Both the position numbers and the translations under genes were made by a program. 64,000 bases of DNA from Berkelbacteria bacterium GW2011_GWE1_39_12 (lineage in GTDB: Bacteria; Patescibacteriota; UBA1384; UBA12157): contig CP011213.1 of assembly GCA_001029735.1 (NCBI GenBank), positions 268,087-332,086 on the forward strand. The letters are read 5' to 3'. Position 1 is the first letter of the stretch. Each line of letters begins with the position of its first letter. The notes under the pieces were generated by a model. The model had not been told where the DNA came from and did not search any database. It saw nothing but the letters and a program-made list of their open reading frames with translations. Positions 51,698 through 62,156 of this stretch are shown piece after piece.

Positions 51698-52819
51698 TTA
51701 AACCTGTTTAATTATTTTTAATGTTTTTTCTGCGGTTTTTTGCCAAGTAAAACCTTGAGCGACGACTTTTCCTTTTCGAATCAAGTCAGCCCTTAAGGTT
51801 TCATCTTCTAAAACCTTTTTTATTTTATCACTTATCTCTTCTGTTTTAAAGGGGTCAAAATATAAAGCTGCGTCTTTGTAGATTTCCGGCAAAACCGAGT
51901 TGTTTGCCGCTACCACCGGTGTCCCTGCTTGCATTGCTTCAAGTCCTGGCAAACCAAACCCTTCGTAAAGAGACGGAAAGACAAAAACAGTCGCCAACTT
52001 ATACCAACATGACAGGTCTTCGTCTGTGACGAATCCCGTCAAAAGAATATCATTTTTGACTCCACTCTTGTCAATACTTTCAAAAAGTCGATGGTGCTCC
52101 GGGTCTACTTTGCCAACCAAAACAAGCTTCGACGGAATTTGCGACTTCACTTTGGCAAACGCATCCACCAAAGTGGGCAAGTTTTTATGCGGCCTGTACT
52201 GTCCTACATACAAAACGACCTGCTCGTTGATTTTATACTTTTTCTTTAGTTCCTCGACATTTTCTTGCCTACATTCCAAGACAGATTTATCGTCCGCAGC
52301 TTCATAAATGACCTCTACATTAGCCGGATCGATATGAAAAATATCCACAATATCTCGTTTTGTGTTTTCAGATATAGCGATAATCTTAGCCGCATTCTGA
52401 CAAGCACTTTTAATTACATAATTAAATGCCATTTTTTTAATCGCATTTGTGCGCTTAGCGGTATCGGGAAACTTAATTAGCGTCAGGTCATGGATTACAG
52501 TGATAAATTTCTTTTTGTAATTGACTGGATGGTTGAAATTTAAAAAAAGCATTAGATCCGGTTTTTCTGCCTCGAAAATTTTTGGCAGTTTAAGCTGCTC
52601 AGCTAAAGAATAATGTTCAATCTCTGTAATTACTACTTCAACATTGGAATTTTTACTTTCGTTGGTCAGTAAAAATTCATCAGCATCTTTTTGCGTCATA
52701 AAAAAAATATACTCGTTTTTTGAATCGAGCTGTAACAGATTCTTGATTAAGTTTTGGCTGTATCGCCCAATCCCCGCTACCTCCGAACGATACATTCTGG
52801 CATCAATCCCAATTTTCAT
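51698..52819 (-). CDS. Glycosyltransferase family 4
   Basis: MKIGIDAR, FPSLYEGFGLP. Confidence 0.92.
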   Translation of the reverse strand: MKIGIDARMYRSEVAGIGRYSQNLIKNLLQLDSKNEYIFFMTQKDADEFLLTNESKNSNVEVVITEIEHYSLAEQLKLPKIFEAEKPDLMLFLNFNHPVNYKKKFITVIHDLTLIKFPDTAKRTNAIKKMAFNYVIKSACQNAAKIIAISENTKRDIVDIFHIDPANVEVIYEAADDKSVLECRQENVEELKKKYKINEQVVLYVGQYRPHKNLPTLVDAFAKVKSQIPSKLVLVGKVDPEHHRLFESIDKSGVKNDILLTGFVTDEDLSCWYKLATVFVFPSLYEGFGLPGLEAMQAGTPVVAANNSVLPEIYKDAALYFDPFKTEEISDKIKKVLEDETLRADLIRKGKVVAQGFTWQKTAEKTLKIIKQV

Positions 52820-53229
52820 GTTGTTACCACTGTTTCCTTAAAAACCCAGAATTTATTGGCAGAAAAGTTCCAAACCATCACGACTGCAGTTGCAATTAAT
52901 AACCCGTAAAAATCAAAGATCCGTAAAACTGAAACGGTCAAATACATAATTGAAAGATTTAAGCCGAAACCGACCGTGGAAACAATTAAAAACTTTCCGA
53001 ACTCTTGAGTCTTTTGCTCATTGGCCGATTTAAATGTCCATCTACGGTTCCAGGTGTAGGAGTTAATAACTGAAACCAGGAATGATACGCCTTTGGCCAC
53101 TATATAATAAATACCCAAATACCGGGTTTCAACAAAATAGATCCCGGCATCAACAATAAATGAAGAGAAGCCGACAACGCCAAATTTCACAAACTGACGA
53201 ACCATTTTGCTTTGCAAAAAATCTTTCAT
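52816..53229 (-). CDS. GtrA family flippase-like protein
   Basis: QFVKFGVVG, NRRWTF, NKFWVF. Confidence 0.9.
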   Translation of the reverse strand: MKDFLQSKMVRQFVKFGVVGFSSFIVDAGIYFVETRYLGIYYIVAKGVSFLVSVINSYTWNRRWTFKSANEQKTQEFGKFLIVSTVGFGLNLSIMYLTVSVLRIFDFYGLLIATAVVMVWNFSANKFWVFKETVVTT

Positions 53230-53274
53230 AATTTCCTCAGGAATTTACGCGCAAAACTTTAGTTTTACTATAGT
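53228..53274 (-). repeat. Bulged-hairpin element copy overlapping the GtrA start
   Basis: GACTAT-A-GTAAAACT-AA-AGTTTTGC-GCGT-AAATTCCT-GAG-GAAATT(ATG). Confidence 0.65.
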
Positions 53275-53353
53275 CATAATATATCTTATTTACTAATCTT
53301 TCTCAAATTAAAAATCCCCCTGCAATAATGTACAGGGGGATAAATAGCTCCGA

Positions 53354-53992
53354 TCAGACCCATCCGTGAATCAGATGGTGAACTCGAACCAACTGTTCAC
53401 GCTTGAGCCAAGCGGCTCGGTTACGAGTGTGCGGTTGGATAGACTCGTTGTCATAGACTTCAGAGTCCCAGACCGCCGCTGTCTCAATGCCTTCTACCGC
53501 CAGCATCCGGACAATCCGGTTGGTCATTCCCGCGTGATCCACCAGGTAAACGGATTCATCGGATTTGATGAACTGCTTGCCTAACTGAATCACGTTTTTA
53601 GACGTGAAGTACTTCTCGGGATCCTTGGCCGGTGGCCAAATGCCATTTATTCGGTGGCGATTGGCATAAAACCAATACCGATCGAGGCCAAAGAGAATTT
53701 CCCACTGGCAAACGATCGGCAGGATGAGCTGCGCGGCAATCTTCTGAGCTTTTTGACCAAAAAGCCGATTAGGCTCTCCGGGATCGAAACTCAATCTCAT
53801 TGCCTCGACTGTCCGATAGTCGTCGCAACCATTGGCCTCGTAGATTGCTCTGACTTTCCCTAAATCGGCGTCTGTGTAAGTGTTCCGGCCAAAAGCTTGG
53901 CCAAAAACTACTTTGGCGTCACGAGCACACTGTCTAGTCGATGGTCTCATATCTAAGACGTTCAAATATGCGACTAGCCCAACTGTTTTCAT
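53354..53992 (-). CDS. Hypothetical protein, stand-alone unit
   Basis: TTGACA/TATAGT promoter 54043-54071, AAAGGAGG SD, terminator ~53310-53340. Confidence 0.65.
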   Translation of the reverse strand: MKTVGLVAYLNVLDMRPSTRQCARDAKVVFGQAFGRNTYTDADLGKVRAIYEANGCDDYRTVEAMRLSFDPGEPNRLFGQKAQKIAAQLILPIVCQWEILFGLDRYWFYANRHRINGIWPPAKDPEKYFTSKNVIQLGKQFIKSDESVYLVDHAGMTNRIVRMLAVEGIETAAVWDSEVYDNESIQPHTRNRAAWLKREQLVRVHHLIHGWV

Positions 53993-54087
53993 CGTCGCTG
54001 CCTCCTTTCAACCATTGTCTGCGCTTTAATTAGCGACATAAAACTATAGCATCTAACCTGAGGAATGTCAATATGCTAATCGTTATT

Positions 54088-54807
54088 TTAGTACTTTTTT
54101 GCCCAAGTGTTTTTTTTAATTATCCAGAGGTCGTTCAAAGTGGCAAAAGTCATAAAATTTGTCACTCGAGAGTTTTCAACATTATACCAGTCAACCGCCA
54201 CTTCTTTAACCTTGTAGCCATTTTTGCGGGCGATCACTAGTAATTCCATGTCAAAACCCCAGCGATCGATGGTTTGTTTTGGAAAGATATCGAGAACTGC
54301 TTTTTCAGAGAAAAGCTTGAAACCACATTGAGTATCTTTTGATTTTATTCCTAAAAATAAGCGAATCAGTAAGTTTCCCCCTCGAGAAATAAAACGGCGA
54401 AATAGTGGCTGGGCCGTCTTAATTGAATCTTTTCTAAGGTATCTCGAGCCAACAATTATTTCACTTTGTTTTATATATTTCTGTAATTTTTTAATTTCTG
54501 ATATATCAGTCGAATTGTCAGAGTCCATCATTAAGCGCCACTGTCCTTTGGCTGCCAACATGCCGGTTTTTACCGCATACCCCTTGCCGCGGTTATTTTT
54601 ATAAGAAACAATTTTAAAATTTGGCCAGGTCTTGATCAATTCGTTAACTTTTTTACGAGTATTATCTGTTGAGCCATCGTTAACGATAATTACTTCACCA
54701 TCGTATTTTTGCTTCTCCAAAAACGCCTTAAGGATAATTAAGGTGTCAAGCAGCCTTTTTTCTTCATTGAAGGCCGGCAAAATAATTGATAAATAAGGTT
54801 TATCCAT
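54088..54807 (-). CDS. GT2 polyprenyl-phosphate glycosyltransferase
   Basis: PAFNEE, VNDGSTD, DSD, DTQCGFK. Confidence 0.9.
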   Translation of the reverse strand: MDKPYLSIILPAFNEEKRLLDTLIILKAFLEKQKYDGEVIIVNDGSTDNTRKKVNELIKTWPNFKIVSYKNNRGKGYAVKTGMLAAKGQWRLMMDSDNSTDISEIKKLQKYIKQSEIIVGSRYLRKDSIKTAQPLFRRFISRGGNLLIRLFLGIKSKDTQCGFKLFSEKAVLDIFPKQTIDRWGFDMELLVIARKNGYKVKEVAVDWYNVENSRVTNFMTFATLNDLWIIKKNTWAKKY

Positions 54808-54889
54808 AATTTCTTTCTAAGAAATTTCCGCGACAAGCTTTAGCTTGGCTATAATTTCCAAAAAAATTTCCGCGACGATCAAGCTTGTC
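54806..54889 (-). repeat. Tandem bulged-hairpin elements (best copy 54820-54858)
   Basis: GAAATTAT-A-GCCAAGCT-AA-AGCTTGTC-GCGG-AAATTTCT flanked by partial copies. Confidence 0.85.
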
Positions 54890-54915
54890 TTAACTCAAAA
54901 CTCTATCATATTTTT

Positions 54916-56532
54916 TTAATTTTGTCCAGTAGTTAAATAGTCCCAATAATAAATTGTTTCAAATTGGCCAGTTGGCGTTTCTTTTAAAAACCATTTAAAC
55001 GGAATACCTTCTTCATTATGGAGCTTTAAGAAGTACTGTTGCGCACACATGGCAATCAAGCCGTTAACAGGTTTATCCGGTAAAGATTTTACTTTGATAT
55101 CCTGAATTGAGAGCGGCCAGGACGAGTAACAGTCAAAATAAACTTCGTTAATATTTTTTTCGCTTAAAACCTCTGAAAAACGATTTAAATTTTGCCCCCA
55201 GTCGTAATTAGAATCTGATATCTGGAGAGTCCCGTCTTTAATGCCAGATTTGTTCATAAAGGAAAGATAGTCTGGAAAGGTTAGAAGATTGGTTAAAATA
55301 GCTGCAATCGTTAAAATTAATATCACAGCCTTAAGCGATTTATTTCTGGTCAAAATCAAACCGCCGGCAAGAATATAAAGGAATGGATAGATAACCAAGA
55401 TATGTCTAACCCCAATATCGATATGCCCCGTCATGCTAAAAAGAAAATAGAATAACGGCGCTAAGATTAAAAGTAAAACCGCATGCTTTTTGTGATTTAT
55501 TTTTCTTAGATTTTTAATTACTGATAAAGCTAAAATTACAACAATAGCCAAGGGCGTTTTGTACCAAAAAGCATAAGGAAAATAGTCCCAAAAACCCATT
55601 TGGCTAAATTTGCCATTTAGGTAGGCCAAATGACCGTATTTATTGTGATCGGTCACCATGCCAAAGCCGTCCCAAAATTTCATTAGAGGTAGAATAAACC
55701 ATTTGGCCAGGTTTTTGAACCAACTGAGCCCGAAGAAGTTGTGCAGATTATATTGGTAGAAGGACCAGCGCCAATCAAACCACATGGAAACAATATAGAT
55801 CAACCAAACCATAAAAAAGGCAATCGCCATACTTACTAGAAGCTTTGATATTTTATCCCAATCCAGTTTTTGTTTTTTTAAAAAGATAAATAAGAAATAA
55901 AGCAAGGCAGCGAACAGTAAAACAGTGAGCCCTGAAAATTTGCTTAACAACAGTAAACCCGTCGCCAGTCCAAAATAAATGGCGTTTTTCCAAGAAGATT
56001 CTTCAATAAAGTTACAAAGAAGATACAAATTTAACAAAGCACTGAAAGTGATGATTACATCCGTTGTGGCCAAATGCCCGTTCGCCAATAAGTTGGGGCA
56101 AATTGCCGCCAAAAAGGTTGAAAACAAAGCTCCGTTGGCCCCCCAAAGTTTCTTTGACCAGAGGAAAACCATCGCCATCGTTGCCAAAAACAACAAAATC
56201 ACTGGAAAACGACCCCAGAAAATTATCCTTTCGGCACTATTTCCCATTTGGTAGATAAATTTATAACCGTAATCATACTGATCGAGAGCGCCTGGCGGCT
56301 CTTCCGGAAGCTTAGGATTTACAAAAACTTTAATAAATATTCCCGAAAAGTCGTTCATTAAAGGCGGATGCTCGGTATTATATTTATAGCTACCTTTAAC
56401 TATATGCAAATAACCTGCAGACAGATGAACAGGTTCATCAGCGGTAATAGAGTCGGTTTTGGCCAAATAAATCATTAAGCCAAAAGAGGCTACAAATATT
56501 AGAGCCAGAGTAATCTTTTGCCATAACTTCAT
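54916..56532 (-). CDS. GT-C fold glycosyltransferase (PMT/ArnT-like)
   Basis: TADEPVH, EHPPL, many TM segments, DSNYDWGQ. Confidence 0.8.
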   Translation of the reverse strand: MKLWQKITLALIFVASFGLMIYLAKTDSITADEPVHLSAGYLHIVKGSYKYNTEHPPLMNDFSGIFIKVFVNPKLPEEPPGALDQYDYGYKFIYQMGNSAERIIFWGRFPVILLFLATMAMVFLWSKKLWGANGALFSTFLAAICPNLLANGHLATTDVIITFSALLNLYLLCNFIEESSWKNAIYFGLATGLLLLSKFSGLTVLLFAALLYFLFIFLKKQKLDWDKISKLLVSMAIAFFMVWLIYIVSMWFDWRWSFYQYNLHNFFGLSWFKNLAKWFILPLMKFWDGFGMVTDHNKYGHLAYLNGKFSQMGFWDYFPYAFWYKTPLAIVVILALSVIKNLRKINHKKHAVLLLILAPLFYFLFSMTGHIDIGVRHILVIYPFLYILAGGLILTRNKSLKAVILILTIAAILTNLLTFPDYLSFMNKSGIKDGTLQISDSNYDWGQNLNRFSEVLSEKNINEVYFDCYSSWPLSIQDIKVKSLPDKPVNGLIAMCAQQYFLKLHNEEGIPFKWFLKETPTGQFETIYYWDYLTTGQN

Positions 56533-56547
56533 GAGTCTAATCTATTA

Positions 56548-57636
56548 CTACTTTGAGTATTTAGCAATAATCGTTTGAAAAACGCTGTAGGCTTTTCTAT
56601 TAGCCACCATTTGACCAACGCCATTTGGACCATCATCAGCTTGGATCAGCCCATAGCGGTCAGTGTAGCCACCCTTAGCGTGATTAGGAAGATCAGTTAG
56701 CTCAAATGCGAAAAATCCTTTTATCGAGCCTGAATTATAAGCCCACTCTGCCATATCGCCGATAAACTGAGCTTGTTTATCCTCATTCATTTTAAATTCG
56801 GTACCGTCTTTATCCGGTCTTTGACCAACTTCAACCAGCATAACTGGTTTATTAAAAGAATTTAACCTATCCAAAATATTAGTTCCGTCGGCTAATTTAT
56901 TATCTTTCATTTGGCCCATGTCAGAAAACCAATCCCAGCCGATTATATCGTACATAACCTGTTTTTCAGCCATGATCTGCAAAAAGGCATATTGAGTCCA
57001 TTGCCCCGAAATAACTGTTTTAGCTGCAGGATCACCTGCTTTTACGCCGGCGCTCGCCCCTTTTAACCATTGGCAGATCTTTTCGGCCTTAGCTAAATTA
57101 TAATGATCGATTTTATCTCCTGAAAATTCCGCGCCTTTAAGTGACCAACTTGTGATCTCGTTCTCTAATTGATAATAATCGACTCTACCAACTTCTTCCT
57201 TGGCGATACTATAAGCTAAATTATAACCATCGGTATACGGATCAGCCGAACGAGTCATATCGCCTTTTTGGTTAATCATTATATATGGACGCATGTCTGT
57301 ATCTAAAATCTCGTTAATAATGGCATTATTGACGGCTAGTGGATCTTCTTTGCCATTAAGTACACCACCCGGCTCCCATGTCACCCGAACATAATCGAGA
57401 TTTAATTTTTTGGCTTTATAAATTTGCTCGGAAAAAACTTTTGGCTGAAAATTTGGTACCAAAGCAAAGGCACGAGTAGTTACACCCCAAACAAAAGGTT
57501 TATTTTTTCTAACAGTTTTAGCCACTTCCGTCGAGGTGGTCGATGTATTGTTATTGCCAGAAAAATACCGCCATAAAAACCAACCAGCGGCCCCAACTAT
57601 AACAATTAAAGATAAAACAATGAGTACTTTTTTCAT
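56548..57636 (-). CDS. Membrane-anchored clan GH-A glycoside hydrolase-like protein
   Basis: N-terminal TM; QLENE acid/base and VEVG nucleophile-like motifs. Confidence 0.6.
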   Translation of the reverse strand: MKKVLIVLSLIVIVGAAGWFLWRYFSGNNNTSTTSTEVAKTVRKNKPFVWGVTTRAFALVPNFQPKVFSEQIYKAKKLNLDYVRVTWEPGGVLNGKEDPLAVNNAIINEILDTDMRPYIMINQKGDMTRSADPYTDGYNLAYSIAKEEVGRVDYYQLENEITSWSLKGAEFSGDKIDHYNLAKAEKICQWLKGASAGVKAGDPAAKTVISGQWTQYAFLQIMAEKQVMYDIIGWDWFSDMGQMKDNKLADGTNILDRLNSFNKPVMLVEVGQRPDKDGTEFKMNEDKQAQFIGDMAEWAYNSGSIKGFFAFELTDLPNHAKGGYTDRYGLIQADDGPNGVGQMVANRKAYSVFQTIIAKYSK

Positions 57637-57657
57637 GCTCCTCCTTTTGAAAATTTA

Positions 57658-58344
57658 CTAATCAATAAACCTATATTTTATTAAAACCCAAATCGCTTGC
57701 ATACCGTCACGCCAGGTTATTTTTTTGCCATCTTTGATCGATCGGCCATGATATCTAATTGGCACATCAACGATTTCATAGCCACGTTTAGCAACTTTTG
57801 CCGTCACTTCCGGACAAAATTCGAAACGCTGGCATTTTAAAGGTATTTTTTTAATCACTTCAGACCTAAAAGCTTTGTACGCTGTCGCCTCGTCACTAAT
57901 ATGAGTTCCATAAAGCAGATTAGCAGTGAAGGTCAAAATCTTATTAGCGACAAAATTTGGCCATCTCATACCAGTAATTTCACCTTTAAATCTTGAACCA
58001 AAAACCACTTTGGCGTTTTCTTTGATAAACGGCTCCAAAATCGTCGGATAGTCATCTACAGTATACTCCATATCAGCGTCTTGAATCAAAATTATGTCGC
58101 CGGTAGAGATTTTTAGGCCTTTTCTGATCGCCGCACCTTTTCCCTGATTTTTCGCTTGAAAACAAATTTTAATTTCTGAATCAAGCGAATACCTATTAAT
58201 TAATTGTTTCGTCTGATCGACCGAGCCATCATCAACAATAATAATTTCTTTGTCCATGGTAATTGGCGCTTGTCTCACCGCCTTGATAACCTTCTCGATA
58301 TTTTTCTCTTCATTATAGACAGGAATGATAATCGATAATTTCAT
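57658..58344 (-). CDS. Glycosyltransferase family 2
   Basis: IIPVYNEE, VDDGS, QDADMEY. Confidence 0.92.
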   Translation of the reverse strand: MKLSIIIPVYNEEKNIEKVIKAVRQAPITMDKEIIIVDDGSVDQTKQLINRYSLDSEIKICFQAKNQGKGAAIRKGLKISTGDIILIQDADMEYTVDDYPTILEPFIKENAKVVFGSRFKGEITGMRWPNFVANKILTFTANLLYGTHISDEATAYKAFRSEVIKKIPLKCQRFEFCPEVTAKVAKRGYEIVDVPIRYHGRSIKDGKKITWRDGMQAIWVLIKYRFID

Positions 58345-59726
58345 GACTGGATAAGATTCCTCTCAATTTTATGGAGCGTTTTTTGTTTTTTTGCCAAGTA
58401 AAACCCTAAGACAAACAAGGCTACAAAAATCACTATCCACAACAGGTTAAGGTTTAATCCTAATTTGTGCTGAAGCGGAAACCATTTTTCAAAATCATAT
58501 GGAAAGAAGCTCTTCATAATATTCAGATTATCATAGAGATGTTTATTAATAACTGAGAACGGATCCATCTTTCCTCTTAAGCCAAGCATAAGAGACGGCA
58601 CCATAAGTAAACCAAAAAACACTCTAAAAAACCACTTAAACGGCAAAATTAAAACCTCTGCCAATGCCGGCGCTAAAACCGGTAGAATTGTCATAATCAT
58701 TCGGGCCGTTGGCGCCTGACCGCCGCTCCAATCACTGAAAATGCCTGTCATAAACCAAAGAAAACCGGCTAAATATGTGACTTGCCAAAACAATTTACGG
58801 TTATTAACGAATAATGCGCCTAGGCCTAAAAAGGCCGCCAAATAAATTGGCGCTGAAGCAATTAATCCATCTTTAAGGTTAACTAATAGCCCGATCAGGC
58901 CTTCATACTGAGAAAAGAAACTAGAGGCTTTTTCTTGGCCAGAAAAGATTGAACCATAAGCGTATAAATTAAACCCAATCACTAACAAGATACTAGCTAA
59001 AAATAAGCTAACCAAAGTTTTGTTTTTAACCCCTAGATTCCAAAAATCCTTTAATTTATTTAAACGAAATTTACTGAAATCTATGCCCGGATAAAGAAAC
59101 AAAGGCACAAAAATCAAATATTTAATATGAATCCAAGGTAAAAATGCTACTGCCAAAGAGCTCAACCAATTAGGTTCTTCCCATTTCCTCAGCGCGTAAA
59201 TAACACATAAGGCAGCAAGTGGTTCATAAAACAAAAAATAGGTTTGAACGGCGATCGGCAATGAGAGAGCCATAACAAATGGCACGAATAAAGATAAATA
59301 AAAACCATAGCCTTTTTCTCTTAACCAAAGAAAAACATTGGCTGTTAAAGTAAGAACGATAATATTCTGCAAAATCACCAGAAAAAGTCTGGGATTATTC
59401 GAGAGGAAGAAAAACGGAGTTAAGATTATAGGCCAGCCAAGCCCATGCTTTGGAAAATGTTTGGTATCAGAAATATCAACTGAGTGAACCTTAAAATCAG
59501 GTGACGGAAAAAAATTTAAAAAGTGTTTTGTGTTCTGCTCTTGAATTAAGTTCGCTGTCTTAAAGGTGGCCAAGCTGTCGGCAATAGACATATAACTCGG
59601 TTCGTCACCGACCAACGGAATAGTATTAATAAATCTTCGATCCCATCTTAAGTTAAACAAAAAAAGAACCAGAAAAACTGCTCCAATAAAAACCGTTTGA
59701 ATTATTCTTGTTTTTCTTTTGTCCAT
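58341..59726 (-). CDS. Polytopic membrane protein, GT-C-like
   Basis: GDEPSY loop after the first TM; about 11 TM segments. Confidence 0.6.
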   Translation of the reverse strand: MDKRKTRIIQTVFIGAVFLVLFLFNLRWDRRFINTIPLVGDEPSYMSIADSLATFKTANLIQEQNTKHFLNFFPSPDFKVHSVDISDTKHFPKHGLGWPIILTPFFFLSNNPRLFLVILQNIIVLTLTANVFLWLREKGYGFYLSLFVPFVMALSLPIAVQTYFLFYEPLAALCVIYALRKWEEPNWLSSLAVAFLPWIHIKYLIFVPLFLYPGIDFSKFRLNKLKDFWNLGVKNKTLVSLFLASILLVIGFNLYAYGSIFSGQEKASSFFSQYEGLIGLLVNLKDGLIASAPIYLAAFLGLGALFVNNRKLFWQVTYLAGFLWFMTGIFSDWSGGQAPTARMIMTILPVLAPALAEVLILPFKWFFRVFFGLLMVPSLMLGLRGKMDPFSVINKHLYDNLNIMKSFFPYDFEKWFPLQHKLGLNLNLLWIVIFVALFVLGFYLAKKQKTLHKIERNLIQS

Positions 59727-60904
59727 CTGCTCAAGGATAACATAAACCCAAATAAAAGCCAAAAGATCAAACTAAGATCATTTTTGAAATATGGGGTGTC
59801 CACTAACCCCTGCAAAACCAGAGCTGTCATGGCCGCCAATAGCATCTTTGATCCATCGTTTTTGAATTCTGAAAATCCAGTTCTATAGAAGAAAATCAAA
59901 AGCCCAATAAAGGCAATAAAACCAAATAAACCAGTTGTTAAGTAAAACATTAGAAAAACATTATGAGAAGAAAGTGCTAAGGGCGAAATAAATTCTTTAA
60001 AATTAACCCGGTCTTTCGTTAAATCGGTAAAAGCATTTTGATAGCTTCCTAAACCAACCCCCAGAATCGGATGGTCTTTAATCATTTCGATAGATGTTTG
60101 CCAGATTTGCCAGCGTACATTATTACTGGAAACAACTCGGCCGCCCGAAGCCTTAAAGTTTGGTCTGAAAGCATAAGCGCTACCTAAAATTGCGATGGCG
60201 ATAAGAATAAATAATCCGATTCTAAGATAAGATTTAGCTTTAATTTTAGACCAAAAATGCAAAATTAATAAAAAAGTTATACCTGCAACAGTTGCAAGAA
60301 GACCAGATCTTGAACCTGTTAGATAAATACCGATGATGTTTATTAAAACAACGGCGCCGGCAATAATTGCCATTGGATATTTTTTCTTTTGCAATAAACC
60401 TACGCCGTAACCAGTTAGCAAAACTGTAAGCGGCGTCAAAAATAATGCGACATAGTTAGGATTATAACCAAAAATACCAATCACTCGCCCATCGACCGTC
60501 ACATTATGCATCAATTTTTGCACGATACTATAAACACTAACAGCAAGACTTGAGCCCATAAAACCATAGATTGTCCAACGAAAATCTTTCGGTTCTAAAT
60601 AGCACATGATCAGCCAAAAAACCAAAATCGGATCAAGAAAATAAGCTTTAAATTGACCTAAAGCTGCAGATTTAGCAGGGCTCACATACACGGAAACCAT
60701 AGCGGCGATCAACAAAATACCGATTATTAGCCAAACGCGTTTTTTTATCTTTAACATTTGGCAATAACCTAAATTAATTAGACCATAAAAGAAAATTATA
60801 TAGATGACGATTTCTAAAAGAGTTGTCGGAATCCCGCCAAAAATGTCAAAACGGATTAAATAAGTAGGCAAAAGAAGGGCGATTAGCCCTATCAAATATT
60901 TCAT
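59702..60904 (-). CDS. O-antigen ligase (Wzy_C) family protein
   Basis: TGSRSG, RWQIW...HPILGVG, SHN. Confidence 0.85.
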   Translation of the reverse strand: MKYLIGLIALLLPTYLIRFDIFGGIPTTLLEIVIYIIFFYGLINLGYCQMLKIKKRVWLIIGILLIAAMVSVYVSPAKSAALGQFKAYFLDPILVFWLIMCYLEPKDFRWTIYGFMGSSLAVSVYSIVQKLMHNVTVDGRVIGIFGYNPNYVALFLTPLTVLLTGYGVGLLQKKKYPMAIIAGAVVLINIIGIYLTGSRSGLLATVAGITFLLILHFWSKIKAKSYLRIGLFILIAIAILGSAYAFRPNFKASGGRVVSSNNVRWQIWQTSIEMIKDHPILGVGLGSYQNAFTDLTKDRVNFKEFISPLALSSHNVFLMFYLTTGLFGFIAFIGLLIFFYRTGFSEFKNDGSKMLLAAMTALVLQGLVDTPYFKNDLSLIFWLLFGFMLSLSRWTKEKQE

Positions 60905-60993
60905 TCTATATCTATTCTACTGCCGTCATTTTTTAATTGCAAAGAATTAAAAAACCCCATATCTTATGATACAGGGCTATAAATAGTTAGCGA

Positions 60994-61188
60994 TCATCTT
61001 TCTCCGAGATGAATGTGTTTCACCGCCGGCGGAAGCTTTGGCTTGCCGTGCGGCGCCGCAACTTTCTTATTCAGATCGCTCACAAAAGCCTTGGTTGCTC
61101 TCGACACAACAAGACATGTTATGACGATCGTCATGAACGCCAATAGAACGAATACGAATACCATCCATCGCTTTACACTTGGTGTCAT
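60994..61188 (-). CDS. Small single-TM protein
   Basis: AAAGGAGG SD and one hydrophobic helix. Confidence 0.55.
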   Translation of the reverse strand: MTPSVKRWMVFVFVLLAFMTIVITCLVVSRATKAFVSDLNKKVAAPHGKPKLPPAVKHIHLGER

Positions 61189-61217
61189 CGCTCTTCCTCC
61201 TTTGGATCACCGGCTTA

Positions 61218-61328
61218 TCATTTGATCTGTAAATTCGCTAGATAAACTCCGCAGACAGCAGAAACTATCAAAAGTACTGCTAAAATAATTTCTCCTATCG
61301 TCCATCTGTTTCTCCAAAATTTTCTCAC
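61218..61328 (-). CDS. Small single-TM peptide (36 aa)
   Basis: GGAGG SD, GTG start, MRKFWRNRWTIGEIILAVLLIVSAVCGVYLANLQIK. Confidence 0.45.
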   Translation of the reverse strand: MRKFWRNRWTIGEIILAVLLIVSAVCGVYLANLQIK

Positions 61329-61493
61329 CCAAATTCCTCCTTAACGCGTTTTGTTTCCTAAATTGTCAATAAACATTTGTAATAACTTACAACCCTACAA
61401 TATAATTACCCTTTTGTCAAGATTATATACCTTTTTATAGCAAAAGCCCCCGAAGCATATAGCCACGGGGGCTCTCTTGGCACATTAGCGCCG

Positions 61494-62009
61494 TTATTCG
61501 AAATGAATGTGATCTTTGTAGATCCTATCGACGTAAACTGTCAGATTAGCCTCGCCATTCTTGCTGAAAGTCGCCGCAGTTGAAACTTGGTCTGATTTTC
61601 CCCAATTCTGGTGATTCTTAACTTGGCCAGTGATTGTAATTTCCTCTCCTGGATTTCCAGTCAGAATAAGGCAAAACGAAGATCTTGCCCTCTCTGGGAG
61701 GAGCAATAGCATCAAACCCGGATAGATACATGATTGAGATGGAAATTGCCCCATTCTATCACCAACGGGTTCAATTGTGACCAAGACGCGCTGGACTCTA
61801 CCTTTTATCGTTAATTCCAAACTCGGTCTCTGCGTAACCGACGGGTGAAGCACAATCTTCTCGTTTTTCTTCGCTTGAAGAGCGTGGTCTGCGATCCGAT
61901 TAATCATTACCGGAATGACAACAACCAGTAATATCATAACAATCAAGACCCCGATTGTACCTTCTTTATTGGTAATGCCACGATTGTTTCCAAAACCAGA
62001 TTTTCTCAT
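61494..62009 (-). CDS. Hypothetical protein with prepilin-like N-terminus
   Basis: RG-ITNKE then hydrophobic helix; promoter 62080-62108; terminator ~61442-61472. Confidence 0.55.
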   Translation of the reverse strand: MRKSGFGNNRGITNKEGTIGVLIVMILLVVVIPVMINRIADHALQAKKNEKIVLHPSVTQRPSLELTIKGRVQRVLVTIEPVGDRMGQFPSQSCIYPGLMLLLLPERARSSFCLILTGNPGEEITITGQVKNHQNWGKSDQVSTAATFSKNGEANLTVYVDRIYKDHIHFE

Positions 62010-62156
62010 TTAGATGCCTCCTACATTTGTCTGATTTTTTTGTGTTTCTGGCAATCTTCCGCCAAATTGTTAACACAAAACTATACCCCAAAAACGTCGC
62101 TTTGTCAAGACAGATAGAGCATTAAATCTTGAATTTATCTCAAAGAATCAATTATA

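Noticed and set aside
54806-54889. Canonical dif/pdif site
   Set aside because: TTATRGYCAA resembles a XerD arm, but the 11-6-11 geometry is absent.
61229-61258. Another hairpin-element copy (GTCTGCGGAGTTTATCTAGCGAATTTAC on the minus strand)
   Set aside because: Lacks the paired inner stem and lies inside a plausible small ORF; may be chance.
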